From Candidatus Versatilivorator sp. (GTDB lineage Bacteria > Acidobacteriota > Terriglobia > Versatilivoradales > Versatilivoraceae), in the NCBI GenBank assembly GCA_965207735.1, contig OZ242296.1, positions 3,104,001 through 3,168,000 on the forward strand: a DNA stretch of 64,000 bases. Direction: 5' to 3'. Of the stretch, positions 11,364 to 20,731 are shown one piece after another. The stretch's first letter is position 1. Each line of letters begins with the position of its first letter. The translations under genes were made by a program, and so were the position numbers. The notes below the pieces were generated by a model that did no database searches, had not been told where the DNA came from, and worked only from the letters and a program-made list of their open reading frames with translations.

Positions 11364-12182
11364 ATGAATTTGATCGAACTATTCCGCCTGGACCGACTCA
11401 CCTGGTCCGCGGCCGTCGACATTCTCATCGTCAGCATTCTGATCTACCACATCCTGTTGTTGATCCGCGGGACGCGTGCGGTGCAAATGGCGCTGGGAGT
11501 GGGATTCCTGGTGCTTTTCTATTACGTGACTCTCTGGTTCAACCTGGAAACCGTTCAATGGATCATGACCACCATTCTGCCTTTTTTCGTGGTCGGGATC
11601 ATCGTGTTGTTCGCGGCTGAGATTCGCCGAGCCCTGGCCAACATCGGCAAGAACCCATTGCTGAGAAAGTTCTCCCGAAATCCGATCACGGAGACCTACG
11701 ACGAGATCGTGGTGGCGGCGACCCACCTGTCCGCCCAGCATGTCGGGGCACTGATGGTCATCGAGCGCGAGATGGGGCTCAAGAACTATACCGAAAGCGG
11801 GGTGGCCATCGATGCGGCCCTCACTTCCGATCTGCTGGTGAGCATCTTTTCGCCCGGGACGCCCCTCCACGACGGGGCCGTCATCGTCCAGAAGGGCCGG
11901 ATTACCGCGGCTGCCTGCTTCTTGCCTCTCACTCTCGACCCCAGGTTGAGCAAGGAGATGGGGACCCGCCACCGGGCAGCCATCGGTGTCACCGAAGAGT
12001 CGGACGCCGTGGTGGTGGTGATCTCCGAAGAGACTGGAATCATCTCCGCCGTAGTCGGCGGCGACATTCGGAGGAACCTGGACGGTCCGTCCCTGCGCCA
12101 GCATCTGGCCAGCATCCTCGAGTCTGCCGACTCGGTGCCGGCACCCCCATCCCACCTCTCCCCGGTGGCGGAAGGCAAATGA
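11364..12182 (+). CDS. cdaA: diadenylate cyclase CdaA/DacA
   Basis: Three N-terminal TM helices, catalytic LHDGA and GTRHRAA motifs. Confidence 0.93.
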   Translation: MNLIELFRLDRLTWSAAVDILIVSILIYHILLLIRGTRAVQMALGVGFLVLFYYVTLWFNLETVQWIMTTILPFFVVGIIVLFAAEIRRALANIGKNPLLRKFSRNPITETYDEIVVAATHLSAQHVGALMVIEREMGLKNYTESGVAIDAALTSDLLVSIFSPGTPLHDGAVIVQKGRITAAACFLPLTLDPRLSKEMGTRHRAAIGVTEESDAVVVVISEETGIISAVVGGDIRRNLDGPSLRQHLASILESADSVPAPPSHLSPVAEGK

Positions 12183-12895
12183 GCCGAATCTGGAAGGTTC
12201 TGAAAGGTTTACTGCTCGATAACGCCGGTTTGAAGCTCGCCTCGCTGGGCCTTGCCCTGCTGCTGTGGGCCGCGCTTAACGGCGAGCCCCGCTTTGTGGG
12301 AGAGGTCGGGTTCAAGATCAGTCTCCAATACCTGATGCCCCCGCACCTGGAGCTGGTGGATAATCCTGCAGGCTCGGTGGATGTCCGTCTGAGAGCTCCC
12401 TCCAGCATCCTGGACAGGCTGGAGTCCTCCGAAATGTCCGCCCACATCGACCTGGCCAACGCCCAACCCGGTGAACGGGTCTACTCCATCACCCCCGATC
12501 ACATCTCCAGACCGCAGGGGATCACGGTCACCCACATCAGGCCTTCCACGGTGCGCCTCAACCTGCAACCTACCGTAAGCAAGGAAGTGGAAATCAACCC
12601 CCGAATCGTGGGCCGGGTGGGGGAGGGCTTCCGGCTGCGGTCGGTGACTCCCCAACCCAGGCGGGTGTTGGTGGAGGGTCCGGGCGGACGCGTGTCGGGC
12701 GTGACGGGAGTGACCACCGAAGACATCGACGTCACCGGTCGTTCCACCGACTTTGTGGCTCGAGTCTATCTGGATGCGGAAGACGGGGTGGTGCGTTTTC
12801 CGCAGGGCCGCCGAGTGGAAGTCGAAGTCGCCATCGAACCCCTGGAATCTCCAGCGGACAATCAAGGTTCCCAGCCAAACAGAGTTACCCCATGA
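12179..12895 (+). CDS. cdaR: YbbR-domain regulator CdaR
   Basis: N-terminal TM (KLASLGLALLLW), beta-rich YbbR-like repeats, position between cdaA and glmM. Confidence 0.85.
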   Translation: MSRIWKVLKGLLLDNAGLKLASLGLALLLWAALNGEPRFVGEVGFKISLQYLMPPHLELVDNPAGSVDVRLRAPSSILDRLESSEMSAHIDLANAQPGERVYSITPDHISRPQGITVTHIRPSTVRLNLQPTVSKEVEINPRIVGRVGEGFRLRSVTPQPRRVLVEGPGGRVSGVTGVTTEDIDVTGRSTDFVARVYLDAEDGVVRFPQGRRVEVEVAIEPLESPADNQGSQPNRVTP

Positions 12896-14244
12896 GAAAA
12901 CTGTTCGGGACGGATGGGATCCGGGGTGAGGCGGGCCGCTTTCCTCTGGACGAGAAGACAGTGTGCGCCATTGGCCGGGCCTTGGCCGAGTTCGGAGGCC
13001 CTCCGGGCGTCGGCCGGATCCTGATCGGCAGAGACACGCGAGAATCCGGCCCCTGGATCACCGCTCGGCTGAGCCAGGGCCTTGCCTTTGGGGGGGTGGA
13101 CGCCATTCACGACCTGGGAGTGATCCCTACGGCCGGCCTGGCCTACTTGACCCGGGCACGTGGCTACGATCTGGGGATCATGATCTCGGCTTCCCACAAT
13201 CCCTACCGGGACAACGGGATCAAGCTGTTCTCAGGACAAGGCTTCAAGGTTTCCGATGACCGGGAGGCCGAGATCGAGCGCCGCATCGATTCCTGGAGGA
13301 ACGCGACGGCGATTTCGATCTGCCGCGGCTCCGACGGTCCCGACAACCGGGCAGCGCTGGCGGCGGAATACCTGGCCTTTCTGAGCCGGCAAGCCGGAAC
13401 CCGGCTGGAGCCTCTCCGTGTAGGCCTGGACGTTTGCAACGGCGCGGCCTACCTCATCGCGCCTTCGCTATTCAGGAAGCTGGGGGCCGAGGTCCACGTT
13501 CTCAACGACAGTCCGGACGGTCGAAACATCAACCGCAACTGCGGATCCCTTCACCTGGATGGCTTGGCCCGGGCAGTGGAAGCCAACCGGTTGGACCTGG
13601 GCGTGGCCTTCGACGGAGATGCCGACCGTGTCCTTTTTGTCACAAGCAGCGCAAAGTGCCTGGACGGAGACCATGTCCTCTATGCCCTGACCAGGGACCG
13701 GAAGGTCGAAGGGTCAATGGCCGGCGAGAAGGTGGTCGGAACCATCATGACCAATTTGGCCCTTGAAAAGGCCCTGATCCGGGATGGCATTTCCTTGATT
13801 CGCACCCCGGTGGGAGACAAGCACGTCCTGGAGGCCATGCAGACCTCGGGAGCCGTCCTGGGAGGAGAACCCTCCGGGCACATTATTCTGGGTGACTTGC
13901 ATACCACCGGGGACGGACTCCTGACGGCGGTCAAGATGGCGGAGCTTCTGGTTCGCCGCGGTGCCGTCCTGGACGACCTGGTTGCCGGATATCGGCCCTT
14001 CCCCCAGGTTCTGGACGGCCTCAGGGTTTCCCGCAAGGTCCCCATTGAGCAATCCCCCGAACTGTCGCGCCTGATCGGGAACGCCCGCGCCCAACTGTCG
14101 GATTCGGGCCGCATGGTGGTTCGCTACTCCGGCACCGAGCCCTTGCTGAGAATCATGGCCGAAGGCCGGGAACTGGCCCAGGTGCAAGCGACAGTGGACA
14201 AACTGAAGCACGAGGCCTCACAGTTCTTCAACTCGCTGGAGTAA
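12892..14244 (+). CDS. glmM: phosphoglucosamine mutase
   Basis: FGTDGIRG, SASHNP, DGDADR, GGEPSGH, RYSGTEP. Confidence 0.95.
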   Translation: MRKLFGTDGIRGEAGRFPLDEKTVCAIGRALAEFGGPPGVGRILIGRDTRESGPWITARLSQGLAFGGVDAIHDLGVIPTAGLAYLTRARGYDLGIMISASHNPYRDNGIKLFSGQGFKVSDDREAEIERRIDSWRNATAISICRGSDGPDNRAALAAEYLAFLSRQAGTRLEPLRVGLDVCNGAAYLIAPSLFRKLGAEVHVLNDSPDGRNINRNCGSLHLDGLARAVEANRLDLGVAFDGDADRVLFVTSSAKCLDGDHVLYALTRDRKVEGSMAGEKVVGTIMTNLALEKALIRDGISLIRTPVGDKHVLEAMQTSGAVLGGEPSGHIILGDLHTTGDGLLTAVKMAELLVRRGAVLDDLVAGYRPFPQVLDGLRVSRKVPIEQSPELSRLIGNARAQLSDSGRMVVRYSGTEPLLRIMAEGRELAQVQATVDKLKHEASQFFNSLE

Positions 14245-14260
14245 CCCGGCCTCCACCCCC

Positions 14261-14289
14261 TTGACAAGGGCCGGTCCCCCCAATAGGAT
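14261..14289 (+). promoter_or_regulatory. sigma70 promoter upstream of pilB
   Basis: TTGACA, 17 bp spacer, TAGGAT. Confidence 0.6.
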
Positions 14290-14379
14290 GAAGGCCAGCA
14301 ACCTCCCTCAGTTCAACACCCATTTCAATCCCGTTTCCTGCGGTCATTGGCCCGGGTGCGCCTGGGGGAGTCTTGATTC

Positions 14380-16113
14380 ATGGCGGCAAAGCTCGGTGAC
14401 CTGCTGGTCAGAGAAAACCTCATCAGCCGGCAACAGCTCCGGAAGGCCCTGGAGTATCAGCGGGTCCACGGAGGTCGTCTGGGGAATTGCCTGATCCAGT
14501 TGGGATGGGTCACCGGCGAAGACATCAGCGCCATCCTCTGCCGCCAGTTCGGCCTGCCCTCCATCAACCTCCCCTTCTTCCAGGTCGATCCTTCGATCGT
14601 GAAGCTCATTCCGCAGCAGACGGCGCAGAAATACCAGGTACTGCCGCTGAGTCGGGAAGGCTCCACCCTGACCATCGCCACCATCGATCCAACCGACGTC
14701 CTGGCCATGGACGACCTGCAATTCATGACGGGCTTCACCATCGAGCCCCTGGTGGCCGCCGAGTCCGCCATCCGGGAGGCCATCCGGAAGTACTACGGCG
14801 GTGCCGGCCGGACCCTGGAGCCCAAGCAAAGTGTCGGGAAAGCTTCGGTCGAGAGTGTCCCGGCGGCCGTGCGCGAGCCGGGGCGGGATAGTTCCGAGCA
14901 AAGCCCCACCGCCGCGGAAGATTTGAAGCAGGCCGCCCGGGAAGCCCCCGTCGTCAGGCTGGTCAACCGGATCCTGTCGGTCGCCCTGAAACGGGAGGCC
15001 AGCGACATCCATATCGAGCCTTACGAGCGGGAGTTTCGAGTGCGCTTTCGCGTCGACGGTCTCTTGAGCACCGTCATGACCCCTCCCCTGAGCCTGAAAG
15101 ACGCCGTGACCTCCAGAATCAAGATCATGGCCAAGCTGGATATCTCGGAAAAGCGCCTGCCGCAGGATGGCCGAATGAAGATTCGACTGAAGAAGGAGGG
15201 TAGGGGGCAGGACCTCGACGTTCGAGTGTCGGTTCTGCCTACGCTACACGGTGAAAAGGTGGTTCTGCGGCTGCTCGATCGGGACCGCCTGGTCCTGGAC
15301 ATGGCCCGGTTGGGTTTCGAGCCGGAGTCCCTGAGGAGGTTCGAGTCAGCCATCCTGAAGCCCTACGGTATGGTACTGGTGACCGGACCCACCGGAAGCG
15401 GCAAGACCAGCACCCTCTATTCCTCGATCACCCGCTTGAATCGCATGGAAACCAACATCCTGACCGCCGAGGACCCGGTCGAGTTCAACCTGGCGGGGAT
15501 CAACCAGGTTCAGGTCAAGGAGCAAATCGGATTGACCTTCGCCACCGCGCTGCGGGCCTTCCTGCGCCAGGACCCCAACATCGTGCTGGTGGGCGAGGTG
15601 CGGGACCTGGAGACGGCCGAGATCGCCATCAAGGCGGCTCTCACCGGTCACCTGGTGCTCAGCACTCTGCACACCAACGATGCCGCCTCCACCGTCAGCC
15701 GTCTAACCAATATGGGTGTGGAGCCCTTCCTGGTGGCGACCTCGGTCCACTTGATCTGCGCCCAGCGGTTGGTTCGCCGCATTTGCGGGCAGTGCAGGCA
15801 AGCGGCCGAGCCTCCGGTTGAAAGCCTCATCGACGCGGGCTTCGCTCCCTCCGAAGCCTCCCGGATCCCCACCTTTCGAGGACGTGGCTGCGACGCCTGC
15901 AATCACACGGGCTACAAGGGGCGGGTGGGACTCTTCGAGGTGATGGAGATCGGCGACGGCCTCAGGGAACACATTGTGAGGGGCGGGACCTCCGTCCAGC
16001 TCAAGCAGAAGGCCGTCCAGGACGGGATGATCACCCTGCGGGCCAGCGGAATGCAAAAGATCCGGGATGGCGTCACTACCCTGGAAGAGGTCCTGCGCGA
16101 GACAGACAGGTAG
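14380..16113 (+). CDS. pilB: type IV pilus assembly ATPase PilB with N-terminal MshEN domain
   Basis: KLGDLLV...RLGNCLI MshEN repeats, GPTGSGKT, LRQDPN, tetracysteine Zn motif. Confidence 0.93.
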   Translation: MAAKLGDLLVRENLISRQQLRKALEYQRVHGGRLGNCLIQLGWVTGEDISAILCRQFGLPSINLPFFQVDPSIVKLIPQQTAQKYQVLPLSREGSTLTIATIDPTDVLAMDDLQFMTGFTIEPLVAAESAIREAIRKYYGGAGRTLEPKQSVGKASVESVPAAVREPGRDSSEQSPTAAEDLKQAAREAPVVRLVNRILSVALKREASDIHIEPYEREFRVRFRVDGLLSTVMTPPLSLKDAVTSRIKIMAKLDISEKRLPQDGRMKIRLKKEGRGQDLDVRVSVLPTLHGEKVVLRLLDRDRLVLDMARLGFEPESLRRFESAILKPYGMVLVTGPTGSGKTSTLYSSITRLNRMETNILTAEDPVEFNLAGINQVQVKEQIGLTFATALRAFLRQDPNIVLVGEVRDLETAEIAIKAALTGHLVLSTLHTNDAASTVSRLTNMGVEPFLVATSVHLICAQRLVRRICGQCRQAAEPPVESLIDAGFAPSEASRIPTFRGRGCDACNHTGYKGRVGLFEVMEIGDGLREHIVRGGTSVQLKQKAVQDGMITLRASGMQKIRDGVTTLEEVLRETDR

Positions 16114-16163
16114 CCGCCGCTACCGCGGCCGCAACCGGTTTAGTCCATCTTAGGGAAGACCCC

Positions 16164-17363
16164 ATGCAAACTCCGTCCCTGGCAGAGCTGCTCAAGATAA
16201 TGACCGAAATGGGAGCGTCCGATCTCCACCTCTCCACCGGTACTCCTCCCCATGTGCGAGTAGACGGACGGCTCCGCCCCCTGCGGGAATTCCCGCCCCT
16301 GACGGCCGAGGATACCCGGCGGCTGGCCTACAGCGTGCTGACCCCCAATCAGAAGCAGCAGCTGGAACAACACCTGGAGTTGGACTTCTCCTTTGGAATC
16401 GGAGGGCTGTCGCGGTTTCGAGGCAACTGCTTCAGCCAGCGAGGCGCGGTGGGGGCGGTCTTTCGCGGCATTCCTTTCCGGGTCAGGAGCTTTGACGACC
16501 TCAATCTGCCGGCGGTGCTGAAGACATTCTGCCAAAAGTCCAGGGGCCTCATCCTGGTGACAGGCGCCACCGGCAGCGGCAAGTCCACCACCCTGGCGGC
16601 CATGATCGATCAGATCAACTGCGACCGCCACGCCCATATCCTGACCGTGGAAGACCCCATCGAGTTTCTGCACGACCACAGGAATTGCCTGGTCAACCAG
16701 CGGGAGGTTCACTCCGACACCCGATCCTTTGCGACGGCCTTGCGAGCGGCTTTGCGCCAGGACCCCGACGTGGTGCTGCTTGGTGAGCTGCGCGACCTGG
16801 AGACCATGGAAGCGGCCCTGCGCATCGCCGAGACCGGACACCTCACCCTGGGAACCCTGCATACCCGTTCGGCGGCCTCCACCATCCATCGCGTCATCGA
16901 CCTGTTTCCCGTCCACCAGCAATCCCAGATTCGCGCCCAGCTTTCGCTGGTGTTGGAGGGAGTCGTTTGCCAGGCCCTTCTTCCCCGGGCCAACGTCGCG
17001 GGCCGTGCGCTGGCCATGGAGGTTCTGGTTCCCAATGCGGCCATCCGCAACCTGATCCGAGAGGACAAGGTGCATCAACTGGAATCGGCCATGCAGATGG
17101 GCCGGGGAAAGTATGGAATGCAGACCTTCAACCAGTGCTTGGCCTCTCTGTTCCTGTCCGGACAGATTGAACGCCGGACTGCCCTGGAATACTCGATCAA
17201 TCCGGACGAACTGCGCCAGATGCTCGACAGGGGAAGGCCGGCTGCAATCGGACCGGAAAGGGCTGCACGAGCGGCCGGAGCCGCTTGTCTGAAACAACCT
17301 AAAAAAGACAAAAGAAAAAGAGTTATCCACGAAGGGGCACGAAGAACGACGAAGGGCCACTAA
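16164..17363 (+). CDS. pilT: type IV pilus retraction ATPase PilT, with a repeat-derived C-terminal tail
   Basis: GATGSGKST, LRQDPD, AETGHL, AIRNLIRE. The last ~26 codons lie in repeat family A. Confidence 0.93.
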   Translation: MQTPSLAELLKIMTEMGASDLHLSTGTPPHVRVDGRLRPLREFPPLTAEDTRRLAYSVLTPNQKQQLEQHLELDFSFGIGGLSRFRGNCFSQRGAVGAVFRGIPFRVRSFDDLNLPAVLKTFCQKSRGLILVTGATGSGKSTTLAAMIDQINCDRHAHILTVEDPIEFLHDHRNCLVNQREVHSDTRSFATALRAALRQDPDVVLLGELRDLETMEAALRIAETGHLTLGTLHTRSAASTIHRVIDLFPVHQQSQIRAQLSLVLEGVVCQALLPRANVAGRALAMEVLVPNAAIRNLIREDKVHQLESAMQMGRGKYGMQTFNQCLASLFLSGQIERRTALEYSINPDELRQMLDRGRPAAIGPERAARAAGAACLKQPKKDKRKRVIHEGARRTTKGH

Positions 17364-17873
17364 GGCGCTGAGGTTGGCCGCGACGGGATACCAAGTTCGC
17401 GAAGGGGTTGTCGATTTCCGATGGTTTCACTCTCGAATGATCCGCACACCAGGGCGGGGGCCCGGCTTGTCTGAAACAACCTAAAAAGACAAAAGAAAAA
17501 GACATTTCCACGAAGGGGCACGAAGAACGACGAAGGGCCACTAAGGCTCCACCAATCCCCGCTCCGATGGTTTCACTCTCGAATGATCCGCACACCAGGG
17601 CGGGGGCCCGGCTTGTCTGAAACAACCTAAAAAGAGAAAAAGACATTTCCACGAAGGGGCACGAAGAACGACGAAGGGCCACTAAGGCGCGAGGTTGGCC
17701 GCGACGGGGTACCAAGTTCGCGAAGGGTTGATCGATTTCTGATTGTTTCACTCTATGTATGATCCGCACACCAGGGCGGGGGCGGGACTTGCCTGAAACA
17801 ACCTAAAAAAGACAAAAGAAAAAGAGTTATCCACGAAAGGACACGAAGAACGACGAAGGGCCACCAAGGCGCT
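17283..17873 (+). repeat. tandem array of repeat family A (~146-182 bp units, 3 full + 1 partial)
   Basis: Units start at about 17283, 17465, 17611 and 17787 with gcttgtctgaaacaacc and contain ccacgaaggggcacgaagaacgacgaagggccactaaggc. Confidence 0.92.
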
Positions 17874-18026
17874 GGAGAAGGCTCAAGAGGGATGGGGCGA
17901 AGGTCGGCAAGGGGGTCAACGAAGGACGCAAGGGACAAAGCGGATTTGTCCGCGAAGAATCAACAAGGACCGCGGCGGAGCCAGTGGGGAAGCTTCCGAC
18001 CCCATCGTGATTTACAGGGATTATTC

Positions 18027-18168
18027 ACATCGATGCACAGGATTCTTCAGGAAACGGCCAGCTTCTAATGCCGGGAATCCGCAAAGCCGCACCGGATCAT
18101 CGCCCGAGTTGGCTTCTGGTGCAGGAAGCTCTCGTCCTGTTAATCCTGTTAATCCTGTGCATCGATGT
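18027..18168. repeat. inverted pair of repeat family B (acatcgatgcacaggatt)
   Basis: 18027-18044 and its exact reverse complement at 18151-18168, with extra aatcctgtt iterations. Confidence 0.85.
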
Positions 18169-18321
18169 TCAATAGGTAGAAAACCGTGCTAAGGGAACAG
18201 GGCCCTTGTTCCCGACCGGCTATGAAGATTCGTTGTTTCACTCTCGAATGTTCCGCACGGTAGAGCGGGCAAACTGCTAACCAGCCGGCACAAATACGCC
18301 AAATCACTTCAGGAGAAATCG

Positions 18322-19530
18322 ATGCCGGAATACCTCTATCGCGGAAGGTCGCGGGCCGGAACCGAGGTGCGCGGGCAGCGCCAGGCGGCCTCCAGGCAGG
18401 CATTGGCCAATATGCTGGGAAGAGAGCAGGTCAGCCCGGTGATGATCAGGGAAAAGGGCGGGCGCCGTCTCCTTTCCCGAAGCCGAGGTCGAGTCAAACC
18501 CAAGGAACTGGCGGTTTTCACCCGGCAATTCTCGGTCATGATCGACGCCGGCCTGCCTCTGGTGCAGTGCCTGGAATCCCTGGGGCAACAGCAGGAGAAC
18601 AGCACCTTCCAAAACGTGTTGCAGGCAGTGCGGGAGGACGTCGAGAACGGGACTTCCCTGGCTTCGGCACTGGAGCAACACCCCAAGGTCTTCGATCCCC
18701 TCTACAGCAGCATGGTGGCCGCGGGAGAGGCCGGAGGCATCCTGGACGCCATTCTCCGGAGGCTGTCCACCTACATCGAGAAGGCGGTCAAGTTGAAGCG
18801 CGCGGTGGTGTCCGCCATGGTTTATCCGACCGTGGTCCTGGCGGTCGCCATGGGAATCGTGTTCCTGATCTTGTGGAAGGTAGTGCCACTGTTCGCCACT
18901 CTTTTCACCAGCCTCCAGGCCGAGCTTCCCTGGCCGACCCGGGTGGTCATGGCCGCCAGCCAACTGGTCGGCCATGCCATTCCTTTCCTTGTGCTCGGCG
19001 CCTTCGGGTTCGGCTATACCTTTCGGCGCCTCTACGCGACCCAGGGGGGCCGCCGGGCAATAGACCAGGCCCTGCTGAAGATTCCCATCCTGGGAGGCGT
19101 GATGCGAAAAATCGCCATTTCCAGGTTCTCCAGAACCCTGGCTACGCTTCTCTCGGGCGGAGTACCCATCCTGGAGTCTCTGGCCATCACTGCCAGGACG
19201 GCGGGCAACGCCCTGGTGGAGGAAGCCGTCTTCAAGACGCGCGGCGCCGTTCAGGAGGGCAAGTCCATGGCTGAGACTCTCCGGTATTCCCCGGTGTTTC
19301 CTCCCATTGTCACCCAGATGGTGGGAGTCGGGGAACAGACGGGCGCCTTGGACGCCATGTTGACCAAGTTGGCCGAGTTCTATGAAGACGAGGTCGACGC
19401 CGCCGTTTCCGACCTGTTGACCTCCCTGGAGCCTCTGCTGATCCTGCTGTTGGGCCTGATAGTCGGTGGGATCGTCATTTCCATGTACCTGCCGCTTTTC
19501 TCGCTGATCGCCAGGCTGTCCATGGTATAG
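18322..19530 (+). CDS. pilC: type IV pilus platform protein PilC (GspF family)
   Basis: FTRQFSVMIDAGLPL, AGEAGGILD, AMVYP, VGEQTGALD, MYLPLF. Confidence 0.93.
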   Translation: MPEYLYRGRSRAGTEVRGQRQAASRQALANMLGREQVSPVMIREKGGRRLLSRSRGRVKPKELAVFTRQFSVMIDAGLPLVQCLESLGQQQENSTFQNVLQAVREDVENGTSLASALEQHPKVFDPLYSSMVAAGEAGGILDAILRRLSTYIEKAVKLKRAVVSAMVYPTVVLAVAMGIVFLILWKVVPLFATLFTSLQAELPWPTRVVMAASQLVGHAIPFLVLGAFGFGYTFRRLYATQGGRRAIDQALLKIPILGGVMRKIAISRFSRTLATLLSGGVPILESLAITARTAGNALVEEAVFKTRGAVQEGKSMAETLRYSPVFPPIVTQMVGVGEQTGALDAMLTKLAEFYEDEVDAAVSDLLTSLEPLLILLLGLIVGGIVISMYLPLFSLIARLSMV

Positions 19531-19618
19531 GGCTTCGAGAAATCCAGGTTATCCGTTGACATGGCAACCATCCTCGTATATCAACTCGGAGATCCTCATT
19601 GAGACGCTTCAGAAACTC

Positions 19619-20017
19619 ATGTTCTTCATACTACTGGCCATCACATTCCTTATTGCTTTGGCGGTGTCCTACGGCGTGGTGCGGCTCTTCGACCGGCCTG
19701 TCGCTTCAATACTCGATCGGATCGTAGCTGAGGATTTGGGCGGGGCATGGCACCGCTACATCAAGTTCGCGGCCTACGTTGTCGGCATCTCGTCAGGCGT
19801 TCGCATCCACCAGTTGGAACGGTACATCTCGGCGCCCCAGAAGGATAAGGAGGTTTTGGTCCTCACGTCGGAACGGTGGACCCTGGAGGTCTATCGGACC
19901 ATCATCGAGACGCTCCAGGGAATTGCCTGGATGCTCCTTGTGGTCTTTGTGGTGGCGCTGGTGGCATATGTATTTGCAAGGGGCTTCGAGCTGAAACAAG
20001 GCCGATCAAAATCTTGA
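19619..20017 (+). CDS. hypothetical membrane protein
   Basis: Three hydrophobic segments. Start set at ATG 19619. Confidence 0.7.
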   Translation: MFFILLAITFLIALAVSYGVVRLFDRPVASILDRIVAEDLGGAWHRYIKFAAYVVGISSGVRIHQLERYISAPQKDKEVLVLTSERWTLEVYRTIIETLQGIAWMLLVVFVVALVAYVFARGFELKQGRSKS

Positions 20018-20041
20018 CAGTTTAGGTAGTTTCCGTATACT
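20014..20041 (+). promoter_or_regulatory. sigma70 promoter of the cold-shock gene (implies ~165 nt 5' UTR)
   Basis: TTGACA, 16 bp spacer, TATACT. A long leader is typical of csp genes. Confidence 0.65.
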
Positions 20042-20213
20042 TTCGCATCTGTTGTAATGTTTTTAGGGATTTGAGAATTCAAGCATGTCGAAAATGAGGT
20101 TGTTCCCCCTGGCGGTTCGTTTGTCTGAAGGCTCCCCTTTTTTTCGAGGCTTCTTCAAGTTGTAAAAACATCTACGACACCCTCCCCATGATTCGAAAGG
20201 AGTCTCGAAGCCC

Positions 20214-20441
20214 ATGAGTAGAGAGACCGGAAAAGTCAAATGGTTCAACAACTCCAAGGGTTACGGCTTTATTGAGCGCAGTCAGGGCGGCGACGTCTTT
20301 GTCCACCACACTGCGATTCAGGCCGAGGGCTACCGCACCCTGGAAGAAGGACAGTCAGTGGAATTCGCCGTCGTGCAGGGACCCAAGGGTCTGCAGGCAC
20401 AGGAAGTGTCCATAGCCGACGAAGAAGACCCAGGCGTGTAG
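20214..20441 (+). CDS. cold-shock protein (CspA family)
   Basis: GKVKWFN, KGYGFI (RNP1), DVFVHH (RNP2), GPKGLQA. AAGGAG RBS. Confidence 0.96.
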   Translation: MSRETGKVKWFNNSKGYGFIERSQGGDVFVHHTAIQAEGYRTLEEGQSVEFAVVQGPKGLQAQEVSIADEEDPGV

Positions 20442-20469
20442 ACTGTATTCCCTCAAGACGTGGTATTCC

Positions 20470-20508
20470 CGCCCTGAAGCCGGACCGGCTTCAGGGCGTT
20501 TTGTTTTT
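20470..20508 (+). terminator. intrinsic terminator after csp
   Basis: Stem cgccctgaagccgg / ccggcttcagggcg followed by ttttgttttt. Confidence 0.85.
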
Positions 20509-20551
20509 GGGTGGACCTGCCGGGCAGCGACTACCCCTCTTGGTTCACTTG

Positions 20552-20676
20552 CCCGCATTTCTCACCACGGCGCGCCCAGCGCAGTCTGTAGCCGCAGATC
20601 CCTTGAATGGCGCCAATCAAGGTACTGAAGATAAACCGCTTTTCACTATGCATTCAGCGACCTGGTGAGAAAAAGG
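20552..20676 (+). mobile_element. MITE family M, internally deleted copy
   Basis: Left end cccgcatttctcacc, right end cctggtgagaaaaagg followed by ctag. The interior (gcccagcg...ccaatcaa.gtactgaagataaa...cagcgacctgg) aligns with 37268-37360. Confidence 0.8.
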
Positions 20677-20731
20677 CTAGCGGACTCTGCCACGGTTTTT
20701 CCTCACCTCCCTGAACTCGGTTGCCGTAGCC

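Noticed and set aside
17283-17873. CRISPR array interpretation of the tandem repeats
   Set aside because: Constant blocks are ~85 and ~48 bp, the middles of units 1 and 3 are homologous rather than unique spacers, copies are dispersed and no cas genes are present.
17323-17938. ORFs in repeat A (also 29009..29224, 60307..60489, 60489..60755)
   Set aside because: Translations of the repeat itself (ALRRSSCPFV / HEERRRATKA), with frames that differ between copies.
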